From Ascidiella aspersa (lineage: Eukaryota): 64,000 nucleotides of DNA. The DNA lies in contig OZ004607.1 of assembly GCA_963924565.1 (NCBI GenBank), positions 11,656,001 through 11,720,000 of the forward strand, in the 5' to 3' direction. The position numbers and the translations under genes were made by a program. Below, in pieces: positions 63,689 to 64,000 of the stretch. Under the pieces are notes generated by a model. The model did not search any database and was not told the origin of the DNA. It saw nothing but the letters and a program-made list of their open reading frames with translations. Every line of letters begins with the position of its first letter. Position 1 is the first letter of the stretch.

Positions 63689-64000
63689 AGTAAGTGAGAC
63701 CAAGATAAAAACTCTTTCTACTGAAGATAATCAACAGATCCGTGTTTAGTGTTCCTACTTTCTTTTAGTTAGCGAAAAACAAATCAAAAAAAACCTCGAA
63801 GCTCTTCCTCCACCACGCTCGAGTCCAACGTCAACCTTTTTTTAATTTCTTTTTCGTCATCTTTAACTTGCAACCGACCACCGTGTATATGTGTGCCCCC
63901 GTAATGTTTTTGACCTAACATTATGCAACAGATGTAGTCGTATGGATAGCATTTAAAAGTATCCATCTAACCTTAACTTGTATGTATTTATAATTATTGT

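Noticed and set aside
63784-63966. ORF with EKEIKKRL resembling an RTE-type reverse transcriptase C-terminus
   Set aside because: Similarity is limited to a few residues at the window edge; needs a profile search.

Overview
AT-rich, intron-rich animal genomic DNA; the gene set and repeat types suggest a marine invertebrate, possibly an ascidian (inference only). I spliced two minus-strand genes by hand with consistent GT-AG phases: a 13-coding-exon, 639-aa secreted trypsin-family protease with three trefoil-like modules and a Thr-rich linker (11607->2518), and a 9-exon, 490-aa class I GLUT/SLC2A sugar transporter (36653->27577). Between them are about 15 kb of non-coding DNA with CpG-rich, motif-dense blocks, a tRNA-Pro(TGG) gene and a pogo/Tigger-like element. 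Upstream of the GLUT is a tandem duplication carrying a decayed PHD-finger-like ORF and two hAT insertions found in only one copy. Next come three tRNA-derived SINE copies and a plus-strand array of three intronless SLC49 (FLVCR/DIRC2-like) MFS genes; the third is 5'-truncated and split by a TG..CA solo-LTR-like insertion with a 5-bp TSD. The right end holds a decayed Penelope-like GIY-YIG remnant and a core-intact minimal hammerhead ribozyme motif enclosed by a perfect 14-bp inverted repeat. TGACGTCA-like octamers recur with 13-bp spacing at several loci. No prokaryotic features or CRISPR arrays were seen.
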